From positions 52,081 to 76,080 of the forward strand of contig CAXTOP010000008.1 of NCBI GenBank assembly GCA_964245965.1: a stretch of DNA of 24,000 nucleotides, read 5' to 3'. Positions within the stretch are counted from its first letter, which is position 1. Every line of letters begins with the position of its first letter. The notes beneath the pieces are model-generated. The model was not told the DNA's origin. It saw only the letters and a list, made by a program, of their open reading frames with translations, and made no database searches. This document shows, piece by piece, positions 1 through 7,746 of this stretch. The position numbers and the translations under genes were made by a program. This DNA comes from an uncultured Chthoniobacterales bacterium. GTDB lineage: Bacteria; Verrucomicrobiota; Verrucomicrobiia; Chthoniobacterales; SZAS-18.

Positions 1-365
1 GCGATCTCGCGCAGGGTGTCGAACTCCGGCTGCATCGCATGGACCACCAGCGGCGAGAAAACCTGTTCGAGCACGTAGCCGTTCTTCTTGAGCAGCAGCC
101 GGAAGAACTTGCGCGCGTCGTGCGTGACGAGGTCCACCTCCAGACCGCCGATGATTTGTTCCTGCGTCAGCGTCTCATCGGTCACCTCCAGTCCCAGGAG
201 CTTGTCGGAGGGCAGCAGGTGAACGCCGCGCAGATCGAAGTCGCTGTCGGCGGAGGGAAAGCCGTACAGGTGCGCCCCGCTGATCGTGGCGAAGAGCAGA
301 GGGTAAGGGTGGGCGGCGACCGCTTGGCGGAGGCGGGAGCTATCGGCAGGGTTGTCCGGGTTCAT
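1..365 (-). CDS. Pol-beta superfamily nucleotidyltransferase (COG3541 / PF10127-like), first 121 codons only; gene continues past the left window edge
   Basis: Absent from the ORF track because there is no stop in the window. Minus-strand ATG at 365..363 reads MNPDNPADSSRLRQAVAAHPYPLLFATISGAHLYGFPSADSDFDLRGVHLLPSDKLLGLEV...KFFRLLLKKNGYVLEQVFSPLVV. It carries the minimal NTase signature G-x(9-10)-D-x-D (SGAHLYGFPSADSDFD). The ATG overlaps the stop of the upstream gene (ATGA, 362..365). Confidence 0.6.
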   Translation of the reverse strand, partial: MNPDNPADSSRLRQAVAAHPYPLLFATISGAHLYGFPSADSDFDLRGVHLLPSDKLLGLEVTDETLTQEQIIGGLEVDLVTHDARKFFRLLLKKNGYVLEQVFSPLVVHAMQPEFDTLREI

Positions 366-1387
366 AGACGTGAGCGGCGGGCACGCAGCAGAAACGCGTT
401 GGCGGCGGCGTAGTCAGGCCGGTCGGGTAAGGACGTGTCGGCAAAGGCGGCGTCAAAGCGCCCGTGCAGGTCCAGGCGCAAGCGGTTAGTCTCTTCCCAC
501 GTGAGATCGCCGCGCTTAATCGCCAGCAGCTCAGCGCGCACATTCTCGGGTACCCGCACGACGAGTTCTCCCGTTTCCAGAGCCGTGATGCCCGAACGCA
601 AGAGCCGGATCAAATGCATGGCGTGCTTGCGCTTGATCTCGCCCTTGGCGCGCAGGTCCTGTTCGAGCTTCTTGAACTGGCTGAGCACGTACCCGTTGTA
701 AGTCTTGTAGATGAGCTTGGAAAGAAACACACCGCGCATGGCCAATAGTTCCAGGGCCAGTGGCTCGGCGTGTTCGATGAGCGGCGTGTGCAGGCACTCC
801 AGGATGTTGGGGTTGGCTTTCAGAGCCATGACCAGGAACTTCTGCAATTCCCAGTAGCACTCCTGATTCTCCTTGTCCTCCAACTGCTCGGGCGCGCCGA
901 AGAGGCTCCAGTGCAGGTCGGCGGGCGGCAGGTACACGCCGCGCCGGTCCGTGTCGGAGTGCTCGTCGTCCAGCCCATAGGCACGTGAGCCGACGACGCA
1001 GCAGTAGATGACAAAGGGCCGCAGATCGTCTCCGATCATCCCTGCGTGCGCTGCTGCGTCCATCTCCTCGCCGTAGTGCTGTTTGAGAATGGAAAGCTCG
1101 TGGCGATTCAGGGCGGCCTCGGTGCCGTCCGCGAAGCGCACGAGATAAGCGTGTGACGCGTCGGTGGGTACCTGGAAGACAACGCCTACCGAACCCGCGG
1201 CTTTGTCGCCAGCCCCATGGAAGCCGCGCGTTGCGATCCGCGTAACGATCCGGGTCCCCTCCGGCAGGAGCAGGTGAGATTGACGTAGGGATTCCATCGA
1301 GAGAGGATCATCGTAGGAACGGCCGTAAAAATCAAAAATGGTCGGAACCCGGATCCCTGCTGCCGGAGTCACCCTGCTTTGTCCCAC
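362..1387 (-). CDS. Pol-beta superfamily nucleotidyltransferase (COG3541 / PF10127-like) with an extra ~115-aa N-terminal domain
   Basis: 341-aa ORF. Core VVGSRAYGLDDEHSDTDRRGVYLPP (G-S...D-x-D), followed by a helical C-terminal half (LKANPNILECLHTPLI...HAMHLIRLLRSGITALETGEL) typical of this family as I recall it. Start is uncertain. GTG 1387 (GGAAGG about 13 nt upstream) would overlap the divergent creB ORF. An internal ATG at 1297 is the alternative. Confidence 0.7.
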   Translation of the reverse strand: MGQSRVTPAAGIRVPTIFDFYGRSYDDPLSMESLRQSHLLLPEGTRIVTRIATRGFHGAGDKAAGSVGVVFQVPTDASHAYLVRFADGTEAALNRHELSILKQHYGEEMDAAAHAGMIGDDLRPFVIYCCVVGSRAYGLDDEHSDTDRRGVYLPPADLHWSLFGAPEQLEDKENQECYWELQKFLVMALKANPNILECLHTPLIEHAEPLALELLAMRGVFLSKLIYKTYNGYVLSQFKKLEQDLRAKGEIKRKHAMHLIRLLRSGITALETGELVVRVPENVRAELLAIKRGDLTWEETNRLRLDLHGRFDAAFADTSLPDRPDYAAANAFLLRARRSRL

Positions 1388-2131
1388 CTCGTGCCATTAG
1401 CCTTCCATATCCTGATCGCCGAGGATGACCCGCATATCGTGGACATCCTGGACTACGCGTTGCGCAGCCAGGGGTATTCCGTTCGCAGCACGGCGCGCGG
1501 TGCCGAGGCGGTGGCGCTTTGCAGCGGGTCGCCGACACCGGACCTGCTCATTCTCGACGTCGGTCTGCCCGATGTCGACGGTTTCGAGGTTTGCCGCCAG
1601 ATCCGGCGGTTCTCGGAACGGCTGCCCATCCTCTTTTTGACTTCGCAAGGGGACGAGATCAACCGCGTGGTCGGGCTGGAGATCGGCGGGGATGATTATG
1701 TGACGAAGCCGTTCAGCCCCCGCGAACTCGTGGCTCGCATCAAGGCGTTGCGCCGTCGGATGGCTCCTCCCCCGGAGAACTCGTCTCCGGTCCCCGTGCC
1801 CGCCGCCGTGACTGCTTTCCGCTACGGCGCGCTCGAGATCGACGAGGAAAAGTTCCAGGCTCGTTACGCCGGAATTCCACTCGTGTTGACCCGCCAGGAG
1901 TTTCGTCTGCTGGCACTGCTGACCAGTTCGCCTGGACGGGTGTTCACCCGTGAACAGGTCCTTGACCGCGCCTGGGAAGACGGTGGTAGCGTCACCGATC
2001 GCACCATCGACGCCCACGTCAAAACCTTGCGCCGCAAGCTGGCCGAAGTGGCGGGGAATGGAGGCGGTAGTGGCGACGGCGTAATCGAAACGGTGCGCGG
2101 CGTCGGTTACCGCGCCCGCGAATTGCCGTAG
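1379..2131 (+). CDS. creB: OmpR-family response regulator, CreB-like
   Basis: REC domain HILIAEDDPHIVDIL...LLILDVGLPDVDGFEVCRQI...GGDDYVTKPFSPRELVARIKALRRR plus winged helix LTRQEFRLLALLTSSPGRVFTREQVLDRAW...TIDAHVKTLRRKL...VRGVGYR. By eye it is close to E. coli CreB as remembered (ILDVGLPDISGFELCRQL, GADDYVAKPFSPREV). The track start is TTG 1379; the in-frame GTG 1391 is equally plausible. Confidence 0.85.
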   Translation: MSHLVPLAFHILIAEDDPHIVDILDYALRSQGYSVRSTARGAEAVALCSGSPTPDLLILDVGLPDVDGFEVCRQIRRFSERLPILFLTSQGDEINRVVGLEIGGDDYVTKPFSPRELVARIKALRRRMAPPPENSSPVPVPAAVTAFRYGALEIDEEKFQARYAGIPLVLTRQEFRLLALLTSSPGRVFTREQVLDRAWEDGGSVTDRTIDAHVKTLRRKLAEVAGNGGGSGDGVIETVRGVGYRARELP

Positions 2132-2134
2132 CCC

Positions 2135-3657
2135 GTGGCCGTGAGCCGGCACAACCATCCACCCATGAAGTTTCGCCTACCCGGGTTGCACTCCCTCCAT
2201 TGGAAGGTGTTCGCCTTTCATCTGGCCGTGCTCGTGCTCCCGGTGGGATACCTCGCGTGGGAACTGCGCCAGAGCCTGGAAGCTACTCACCTCCGGGCGA
2301 CCGAAGAAGGCATGATCGATACCGCTGCGATGGCTGGCGACGTTTACGCCCGGCTAGCCGCGGAAACCGGCGGCGACTCCGCGCAACTTTCAGCCCGCCT
2401 CACCCGGTACCTGGCGGATTTCGAAAGCTACCGTTCGGCCAAGGCGCGACTTTTTGGTTTCACCCCCGAAGAAGCCGACACCCGCCTGATCTTCTACGAT
2501 CATGCCGGCGTCGTCCTTTACGATACCGTAGAACCGACCGCAGTGGGATGCGATCAGGGCCAGAACCTGGACGTGCGGCTCGCCCTCGCCGGACGTTACG
2601 GCAGCCGCTGGCAGCTCGACCGCCGACGCAACCGCGTCTTCATCTACTCTACTCTCCCGGTATGGCAGGGAACCCGCCTGATCGGCGCGGTCAGCGTGGT
2701 GAAACCGACGACCCGGTTGGTCCACTTCGTGGTCCGTACCTTGAAGGAATTGCTTTTACCCATCGCAGGGACAGTGATCCTGGCGGCGGCGCTTGCCTAC
2801 GTGCTTTCGGGCTATCTAACGCGCATCGTGCGTTCGCTGGCCGCGCAGGCCGAGCGCGTGGCCGCCGGGGAAAGTGGCGTCCGGCTGGAAACCTGGACTC
2901 GCAGTGAACTCGGCGGGCTGGCCCGCGCGGTCGAGCGGATGCGCCGCAAGCTGGAAGGCAAAGCGTACGTCGAGGAGACCGTGACCAATCTTTCCCACGA
3001 GTTGAAAACCCCGCTGGCGGCGATCCGCGGCGCAGCGGAGCTGCTCGAAGATGGGGCCGTGAATGATCCCGTTGCCTGCGCCCGATTTCTCGGCAACATC
3101 CAACAGGAAGTCGTCCGGCTCGACGGCATCGTAGATGGCCTGCTCCGACTCGCCCGCTTGGAAAGCGCCCCGTCCGCCGATACCGATGCGGCGCCGCTCG
3201 ACCTCAGCGCCGCGGCACGTGAACTCGCCACCCGCACCTACGTTTCACGCGCCGCCGGGTTGGGCGTGCGCTTCACCTGGGCGACGGTGGATACTCCGCT
3301 GCGCTGTCATATCTCCGAGGAACATTTCCAGCAACTCGTGGGCAATTTGCTCGACAACGCGCTGCATTTCACCCTGGCGGGCGGTGCCATCCGTCTGGAA
3401 GTATCGATAGAACTTCCAGCGAGTGAGTTCGTGCGGCTGACCGTGCGTGACGAAGGGAGGGAATCGAGCCGGAAATCCTGCCCAAGATTTTCGAGCGTTT
3501 CTTCACGACGCAGAACCCGCGCACGGGTACGCGAGGCACGGGCCTGGGATTGGCCCTGGTGAAGTCCGTGGCGCAAACTGCGCGTGGCAGTGTGGAAGCT
3601 CGCAGCGAACTGGGAAAAGGTAGCGAGTTCATCGTGCGTCTGCCGGTGGTGCGTTAA
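2135..3657 (+). CDS. creC: CreC-like sensor histidine kinase, reading frame broken by a 1-nt deficit at ~3455-3462 (pseudogene or assembly indel)
   Basis: Frame-2 ORF 2135..3562 matches E. coli CreC from memory (ATEEGMIDTAA; LALAGRYGSR; RLIGAVSVVKP; MRRKLEGKAYVEETVTNLSHELKTPLAAIRGAAELLEDG H-box; GNLLDNALHFT N-box). It degenerates into a nonsense tail after VRDEG. Frame 1 from ~3460 reads GIEPEILPKIFERFFTTQNPRTGTRGTGLGLALVKSVAQTARGSVEARSELGKGSEFIVRLPVVR with stop at 3655..3657 (G1/F/G2 boxes). The likely true start is ATG 2165 (MKFRLPGL...). Confidence 0.85.
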
Positions 3658-3680
3658 CCGCTTTTCCGTGGAGCTGCCTC

Positions 3681-3757
3681 CTGGATGGTAGGGCGACGGT
3701 CCCCGTTGCCAGGGAAAATTCGTCATTGGCAACGGGGACCGTCGCCCTACCATCCAG
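3681..3757. repeat. Perfect 30-bp inverted repeat (hairpin, 17-nt loop) downstream of creC; REP-like element or terminator
   Basis: Left arm 3681..3710 is CTGGATGGTAGGGCGACGGTCCCCGTTGCC. Right arm 3728..3757 is GGCAACGGGGACCGTCGCCCTACCATCCAG, its exact reverse complement. Loop is AGGGAAAATTCGTCATT. No T-tract follows. Confidence 0.7.
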
Positions 3758-3839
3758 AGGGATCAAATCGCGCTGAATCTTCACGAAGAAATCACGCGGC
3801 CTTCATCTTCTCTTCGTAATCAGGCGCGAGGTTCCTGGC

Positions 3840-5687
3840 ATGTCTTCTTGCCATCGGCCTTCCTGGAAAATCCTCGCCGCCACCGTCTTCACCGTGACAG
3901 GCGGCGTTCTGCAAACATCCGGCCAGCAGCCTTCTCCGGCTGGTCCGGCTACGCCGACCGCGCTCCCGACGTTCGATGCCGGGAGCATCACGCTTCCGTA
4001 TCACGAATGGAAAACCCTTTGGGAAGCAGCCCAACCCAAACCGGTACCTTCCGCCCCTGCCAAGGCTCCCGCGCCGCCTGTCGCGTTCTCCGTCCAAGCC
4101 GCCCACTACGCGGTTGACCTCGTTCCCGACGCCCGACAGGCGACCGGGAGAGCGGTGTTCGAGATCGCGAAGCTTGTCGAAGGTTGGACCGCCGTGCCGC
4201 TCTTTCCCGTTGGGGATATCAGATTGATTGGGGTCGAACCCGAGGGGACGCTCGTCACGGTACGGGAAGGGATTTATACCCTGCTGCTGGATACCCCCGG
4301 ACGCCGGACGATCGCGTTGCGGTTCTCGGTGGATTTGGCGAACGGCGACTCGCCCCGGACGCGATCCCTGCGCCTGACGGGTCCTTCCGCGCTCGTCAAC
4401 GACCTCACGGTGACGGGAGTGCCGGAAGGTTGGCTGGCCGAAGTACAAAACGCCGCGTCCGCGCTGCCTGCCCCTGTCACGTCCACCGGTAGCGGCACCG
4501 ACAAAAAGCCGGCCGTAGCGGTATTCCAGCTTGCTTCTGATCTGCCGATTGCGCTTACGGTTGTCAGCGCGGAGGATCGACAACCCGCCGCGCCGCCCGT
4601 CCCTAGCCCGTGGCAGGGTCAGGCGCAATCCTTCGTCCGCTACGACGAAGGCCAACTGGTGTATAAAACCCGCCTGCGTCTTGCCGCCGACTCGGGCACG
4701 GGCCTGGCCGCAGAACTCGCCCTGCCAACCACCGCAAACATCCTTTCGGTAACAGGCGCGGACTTGGACCGCTGGCACGTGGTCAGGCCGGCAGCCGGGG
4801 ACGCCCGCCACCTGGAAGTTTCGTGGAAAACGCCGGATGTTCTGCGGCGCGAGTTATCGCTCGACTACGAGCTTCCGCAGGCGCTGCCCGACGGCGACTG
4901 GCGCCTTGTTTCGCCTCGGGTCGTCTCCAGCGAAGGACAACTGCGGAGCGCGTTCTACGCTTTGCCGATGGTGGAAGGAGTAGAATTTGTTTCCGGTGAC
5001 GAAGCCGGTACGCCCTTGGCGGCGGGGCTGCCGCAACAACTCCCGCACTGGCTGGTGGACGAGCTGGGCGGTGGAAGTTTTGTCTCTGTCAACTTCGACA
5101 AACCGGCTCCAGCGGACAACGCCTCCGCGCTGGTGCGGGCGCGCCGTCTGCCATTGATCCACACGGCTCGGGCGACGGTCGAAGAAAGCCGTTTCCACAC
5201 GCGGCTGGTCGTGGACGGCGCCCTGCTGACCGAGGGCGCGATGAGCGTGCGCCACGACGGGCCGCTGACCTTGACGCTGACGCTTCCAACGGACGCTCAA
5301 CTGTTATCCTGCTCCGTCCAAAATCACGACGCTCTGCCGGTGGATCGGGAACAAGGGCGCATCGATTTGACCCTGCCCGCCGGGAACGCCGGAAAAGCCA
5401 CCGAGGTGAACCTGTCATACACAGGCCATCTGTCCGCGCTGGCACCCGTAGCCGGGCAGGTCGCGCTCGCCCTGCCCGAAACCGATCTCTTCGTGCAGAC
5501 GATGCTCTGGGACATCCAGATCCCCGAGGCGTACGAACTCACGGCCCTGGAAGGCAACGTGTCCCTGGTGCCGGGTGCCTCCTCCACCACGGGCAACGTG
5601 CCGCTGATCCATCTGCGGAAAGACCTGCTCAAAGGCGAAAAACCTACCGCCGAGTTGTTCTACCAGAAACGCGCCATCGCACCCTGA
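3840..5687 (+). CDS. Secreted/periplasmic protein of unknown function (615 aa) between creC and creD
   Basis: ATG ORF in operon orientation. N-terminal hydrophobic signal-like segment (WKILAATVFTVTGGVLQTSGQQ), a Pro/Ala linker (PKPVPSAPAKAPAPPVA), then a long beta-rich-looking body. I recognise no family. The antisense ORF 3792..4811 is judged spurious. Confidence 0.6.
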   Translation: MSSCHRPSWKILAATVFTVTGGVLQTSGQQPSPAGPATPTALPTFDAGSITLPYHEWKTLWEAAQPKPVPSAPAKAPAPPVAFSVQAAHYAVDLVPDARQATGRAVFEIAKLVEGWTAVPLFPVGDIRLIGVEPEGTLVTVREGIYTLLLDTPGRRTIALRFSVDLANGDSPRTRSLRLTGPSALVNDLTVTGVPEGWLAEVQNAASALPAPVTSTGSGTDKKPAVAVFQLASDLPIALTVVSAEDRQPAAPPVPSPWQGQAQSFVRYDEGQLVYKTRLRLAADSGTGLAAELALPTTANILSVTGADLDRWHVVRPAAGDARHLEVSWKTPDVLRRELSLDYELPQALPDGDWRLVSPRVVSSEGQLRSAFYALPMVEGVEFVSGDEAGTPLAAGLPQQLPHWLVDELGGGSFVSVNFDKPAPADNASALVRARRLPLIHTARATVEESRFHTRLVVDGALLTEGAMSVRHDGPLTLTLTLPTDAQLLSCSVQNHDALPVDREQGRIDLTLPAGNAGKATEVNLSYTGHLSALAPVAGQVALALPETDLFVQTMLWDIQIPEAYELTALEGNVSLVPGASSTTGNVPLIHLRKDLLKGEKPTAELFYQKRAIAP

Positions 5688-5750
5688 ACACCTGCACCGC
5701 GATAGCAGCCAGTCCGTTTCCATCTTTCTTCGATCAACAAAGACCTATTT

Positions 5751-6941
5751 ATGACCACAAAGCGTTTATTTGCCATCGTCCTCATCTTCGGCGCGACCAC
5801 GGTCGGCTGGTTTATTCTCGGTGCCAGCCTCACTCAACGCTCCAGCGAGCGTTCCAACAGCCTCGGGGCCGAGGTGGCCGGAGGCTGGGGTCCGGCGATG
5901 GACCAGCCTCACCCCGTCGTGTATTATACCTCGCCCGCCAGCGCCGACGGGAAGAAACGTATCCCGCCCGCCGCCAGCAAGGTCGCTGTTGCGCTCTCCT
6001 ACGAACCGAAGAAAAAGGGGCTGCTTCGCTATCGCACTTACCTGGTGGATTTTCAGGGGGAATACACCATCGACAATCCCACGCCGATCACGCAGACGTT
6101 TTACGTCAACTTCCAGTTTCCGGCGGTGGATGCTTCTTACGAGAATTTCTCTTTTCGATTGGGCGAAACGGCGTCCACGAAAAGTGCGGCGGCAGGCGCG
6201 GGCGTGACCGAAGCCGTTACTTTGGCACCGGGGGCCACCGCGCCGCTGCGGGTGGCCTACCGTTCGCGCGGACTGGACCACTGGGGCTACAGCTTCGGCG
6301 ACACCACGCGCGTCCGTAATTTCGCGCTCACACTGAGGACAGATTTCGCCGAGATTGATTTTCCGGCGGGCACTGCCTCACCCGGTCAGCGGACGCGCGC
6401 CGGTGAAGGCTGGCGGCTGGTGTGGAGCTACCCGGATGTCATCGGTGCGCAGCCAGTTGGCATGGCGATGCCCGGTTTGCTCAACCCCGGTCCCGTGGCC
6501 ACGCGGATCACGTTCTTTGCTCCGGTGTCTTTGTTGTTCTTCTTCACCGTATTAATTATTGTCGGTCTGCTTCGCGGGGTGAATCTGCACCCGATGAATT
6601 ACTTCTTCCTGGCGGCAGCGTTCTTCGCCTTTCAACTCCTCTTTGCCTATCTGGTGGACTTGGTTCCGCTCGCGTTGGCCTTCGTCATCGCGTCCGCGGT
6701 ATCGATGGGGTTGGTGGGCGGGTACTTGAGGGCGGTAGCGGGTAGAACGTTTGGGTGGATTGCAGTAGCCGCGCAGTTCGCCTACCTCGTGTTGTTCAGC
6801 TACTCGTTTTTCTTCGAGGGTCTGGCGGGGCTGACCATCACCATCGGTGCCGTCATTACACTCGCTCTTCTGATGACATTGACCGCCAAAGTAAATTGGG
6901 CGGCAAAGTTCGCCGGTTTGCCCATCCTTCCGACGCCATGA
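5751..6941 (+). CDS. creD: CreD-family inner-membrane protein
   Basis: 396 aa with an N-terminal TM helix (LFAIVLIFGATTVGWFILGA), a periplasmic part of about 240 aa and 5 C-terminal TM helices. C-terminal motifs NLHPMNYFFL ... LTAKVNW parallel E. coli CreD RLHPMQYLLV ... VTRNIDW (from memory). Lies downstream of creBC. Confidence 0.7.
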   Translation: MTTKRLFAIVLIFGATTVGWFILGASLTQRSSERSNSLGAEVAGGWGPAMDQPHPVVYYTSPASADGKKRIPPAASKVAVALSYEPKKKGLLRYRTYLVDFQGEYTIDNPTPITQTFYVNFQFPAVDASYENFSFRLGETASTKSAAAGAGVTEAVTLAPGATAPLRVAYRSRGLDHWGYSFGDTTRVRNFALTLRTDFAEIDFPAGTASPGQRTRAGEGWRLVWSYPDVIGAQPVGMAMPGLLNPGPVATRITFFAPVSLLFFFTVLIIVGLLRGVNLHPMNYFFLAAAFFAFQLLFAYLVDLVPLALAFVIASAVSMGLVGGYLRAVAGRTFGWIAVAAQFAYLVLFSYSFFFEGLAGLTITIGAVITLALLMTLTAKVNWAAKFAGLPILPTP

Positions 6942-6966
6942 GCGAATCTGCTCACTTTGAAGGGAG

Positions 6967-7089
6967 AAATGAGGGGTCAGGATGAATGAGGGGTTAGGCA
7001 ACAATTATTGACAGTCCAGGCTGTATTAGATATAACCCTATGGTAGTATCTTGCCTCTGTCGAGAGTTGTAGCTTGACCCCTCATTCCC
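6967..7089. repeat. AT-rich ~120-bp segment bounded by 12-bp inverted repeats (AATGAGGGGTCA / TGACCCCTCATT) with a third direct copy; MITE-like insert or element scar
   Basis: Copies at 6968..6979 (aatgaggggtca), 6985..6996 (aatgaggggtta, 1 mismatch) and inverted at 7075..7086 (tgacccctcatt). The interior is visibly AT-rich compared with its flanks. It sits next to the point where DUF6428 homology is lost. Confidence 0.45.
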
Positions 7090-7299
7090 TGTTGATCCCC
7101 TGGTTACTCTTGGCACCAGCACGCTTTCGTCAGTCGAGATTTTTCGCACGGTGCCTCCGCAGTCGATGAAGGTCTTGTCGATGCGGCCGACTCCGGTGAT
7201 GTGGGCATGCGCGGCGATCAGGTCGCCGTCCGGCAGCACGAAACGGAGTTGTTGGCTGGAGGACTGCTGCAAAGCCTCTTTGAAAGCGGAAAATTCCAC
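6994..7299 (-). pseudogene. DUF6428-family (ars-operon associated) gene, only the N-terminal ~55 codons retained
   Basis: MEFSAFKEALQQSSSQQLRFVLPDGDLIAAHAHITGVGRIDKTFIDCGGTVRK matches the DUF6428 N-terminus as I recall it (..F.LPDG..VP.HFHITE.G...K.FIDCGGT.R). After about nt 7137 the ORF reads low-complexity nonsense and runs into the AT-rich insert. Full-length family members are about 150-160 aa. Confidence 0.55.
7008..7036 (+). promoter_or_regulatory. Sigma70-like promoter motif inside the AT-rich insert (TTGACA-17 nt-TATAAC)
   Basis: TTGACA at 7008..7013, a 17-nt spacer, then TATAAC at 7031..7036. It would fire antisense into the DUF6428 remnant. Motif match only. Confidence 0.25.
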
Positions 7300-7306
7300 A
7301 AACGAC

Positions 7307-7333
7307 TTGAATATACCTTAGCGGGCATATACT
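7307..7333 (+). promoter_or_regulatory. Candidate arsR promoter/operator region in the 45-bp divergent gap
   Basis: TTGAAT (7307..7312), 15 nt, then TATACT (7328..7333), about 12 nt before ATG 7345. Direct ATATAC and ACTTG repeats flank it. The spacing is short, so this is weak. Confidence 0.25.
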
Positions 7334-7344
7334 TGTCAAGACAC

Positions 7345-7746
7345 ATGGCCGATTCCCCGCTGATCCAGATTTACCGCTGCCTGTGCGACCTAACGCGCCT
7401 GCGCATCGTTCACCTGCTCACCAAGGGGCCGCTCTGCGTGTGCCACTTCCAGGAAGTGCTCCAGGTGCCGCAAGTCGCCATCTCCAAGCACCTCGCCTAC
7501 CTGCGGAAACATGCGCTGGTTGCCTCTCACCGGCACGAGCAATGGATGATCTACGCTCTGCCTGCGGTGCCCCCGCGCGAACTCGACCTGCAACTGGCTT
7601 GCCTCCAAGACTGCGTGCAAACGCATCCGATCTTTCGGGAGGATTTACAGCGGCTCGCGGGCCTCGAAAGCGAGTGCTGCTGGATTGCGGGCGTGCTGCC
7701 CGCCGCTCCTGCGGCCAAACGCCCACGCAACGAGCAGGTGAAATGA
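7345..7746 (+). CDS. arsR: ArsR/SmtB-family metalloregulator
   Basis: [59 protein letters not shown] is a wHTH with the CVC arsenite-binding-type motif. The stop overlaps the acr3 start (ATGA at 7743..7746). The track ORF 7201.. is an upstream extension. Confidence 0.85.
   Translation: MADSPLIQIYRCLCDLTRLRIVHLLTKGPLCVCHFQEVLQVPQVAISKHLAYLRKHALVASHRHEQWMIYALPAVPPRELDLQLACLQDCVQTHPIFREDLQRLAGLESECCWIAGVLPAAPAAKRPRNEQVK

Noticed and set aside
1397-2158. 253-aa minus-strand ORF antisense to creB
   Set aside because: It overlaps a gene with an unmistakable response-regulator sequence, so it is a GC-driven shadow ORF.
3792-4811. 339-aa minus-strand ORF antisense to the 615-aa gene
   Set aside because: Arg/Gly-rich low-complexity translation typical of antisense frames in high-GC DNA. 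It has no recognisable motif. The plus-strand ORF has a signal-like N-terminus and fits the operon orientation.
6993-6999. GTTAGGC, identical to an integron attC core-site consensus (GTTRRRY)
   Set aside because: No inverse core site (RYYYAAC) at a suitable distance, no intI gene and no cassette structure. A 7-mer match is expected by chance.
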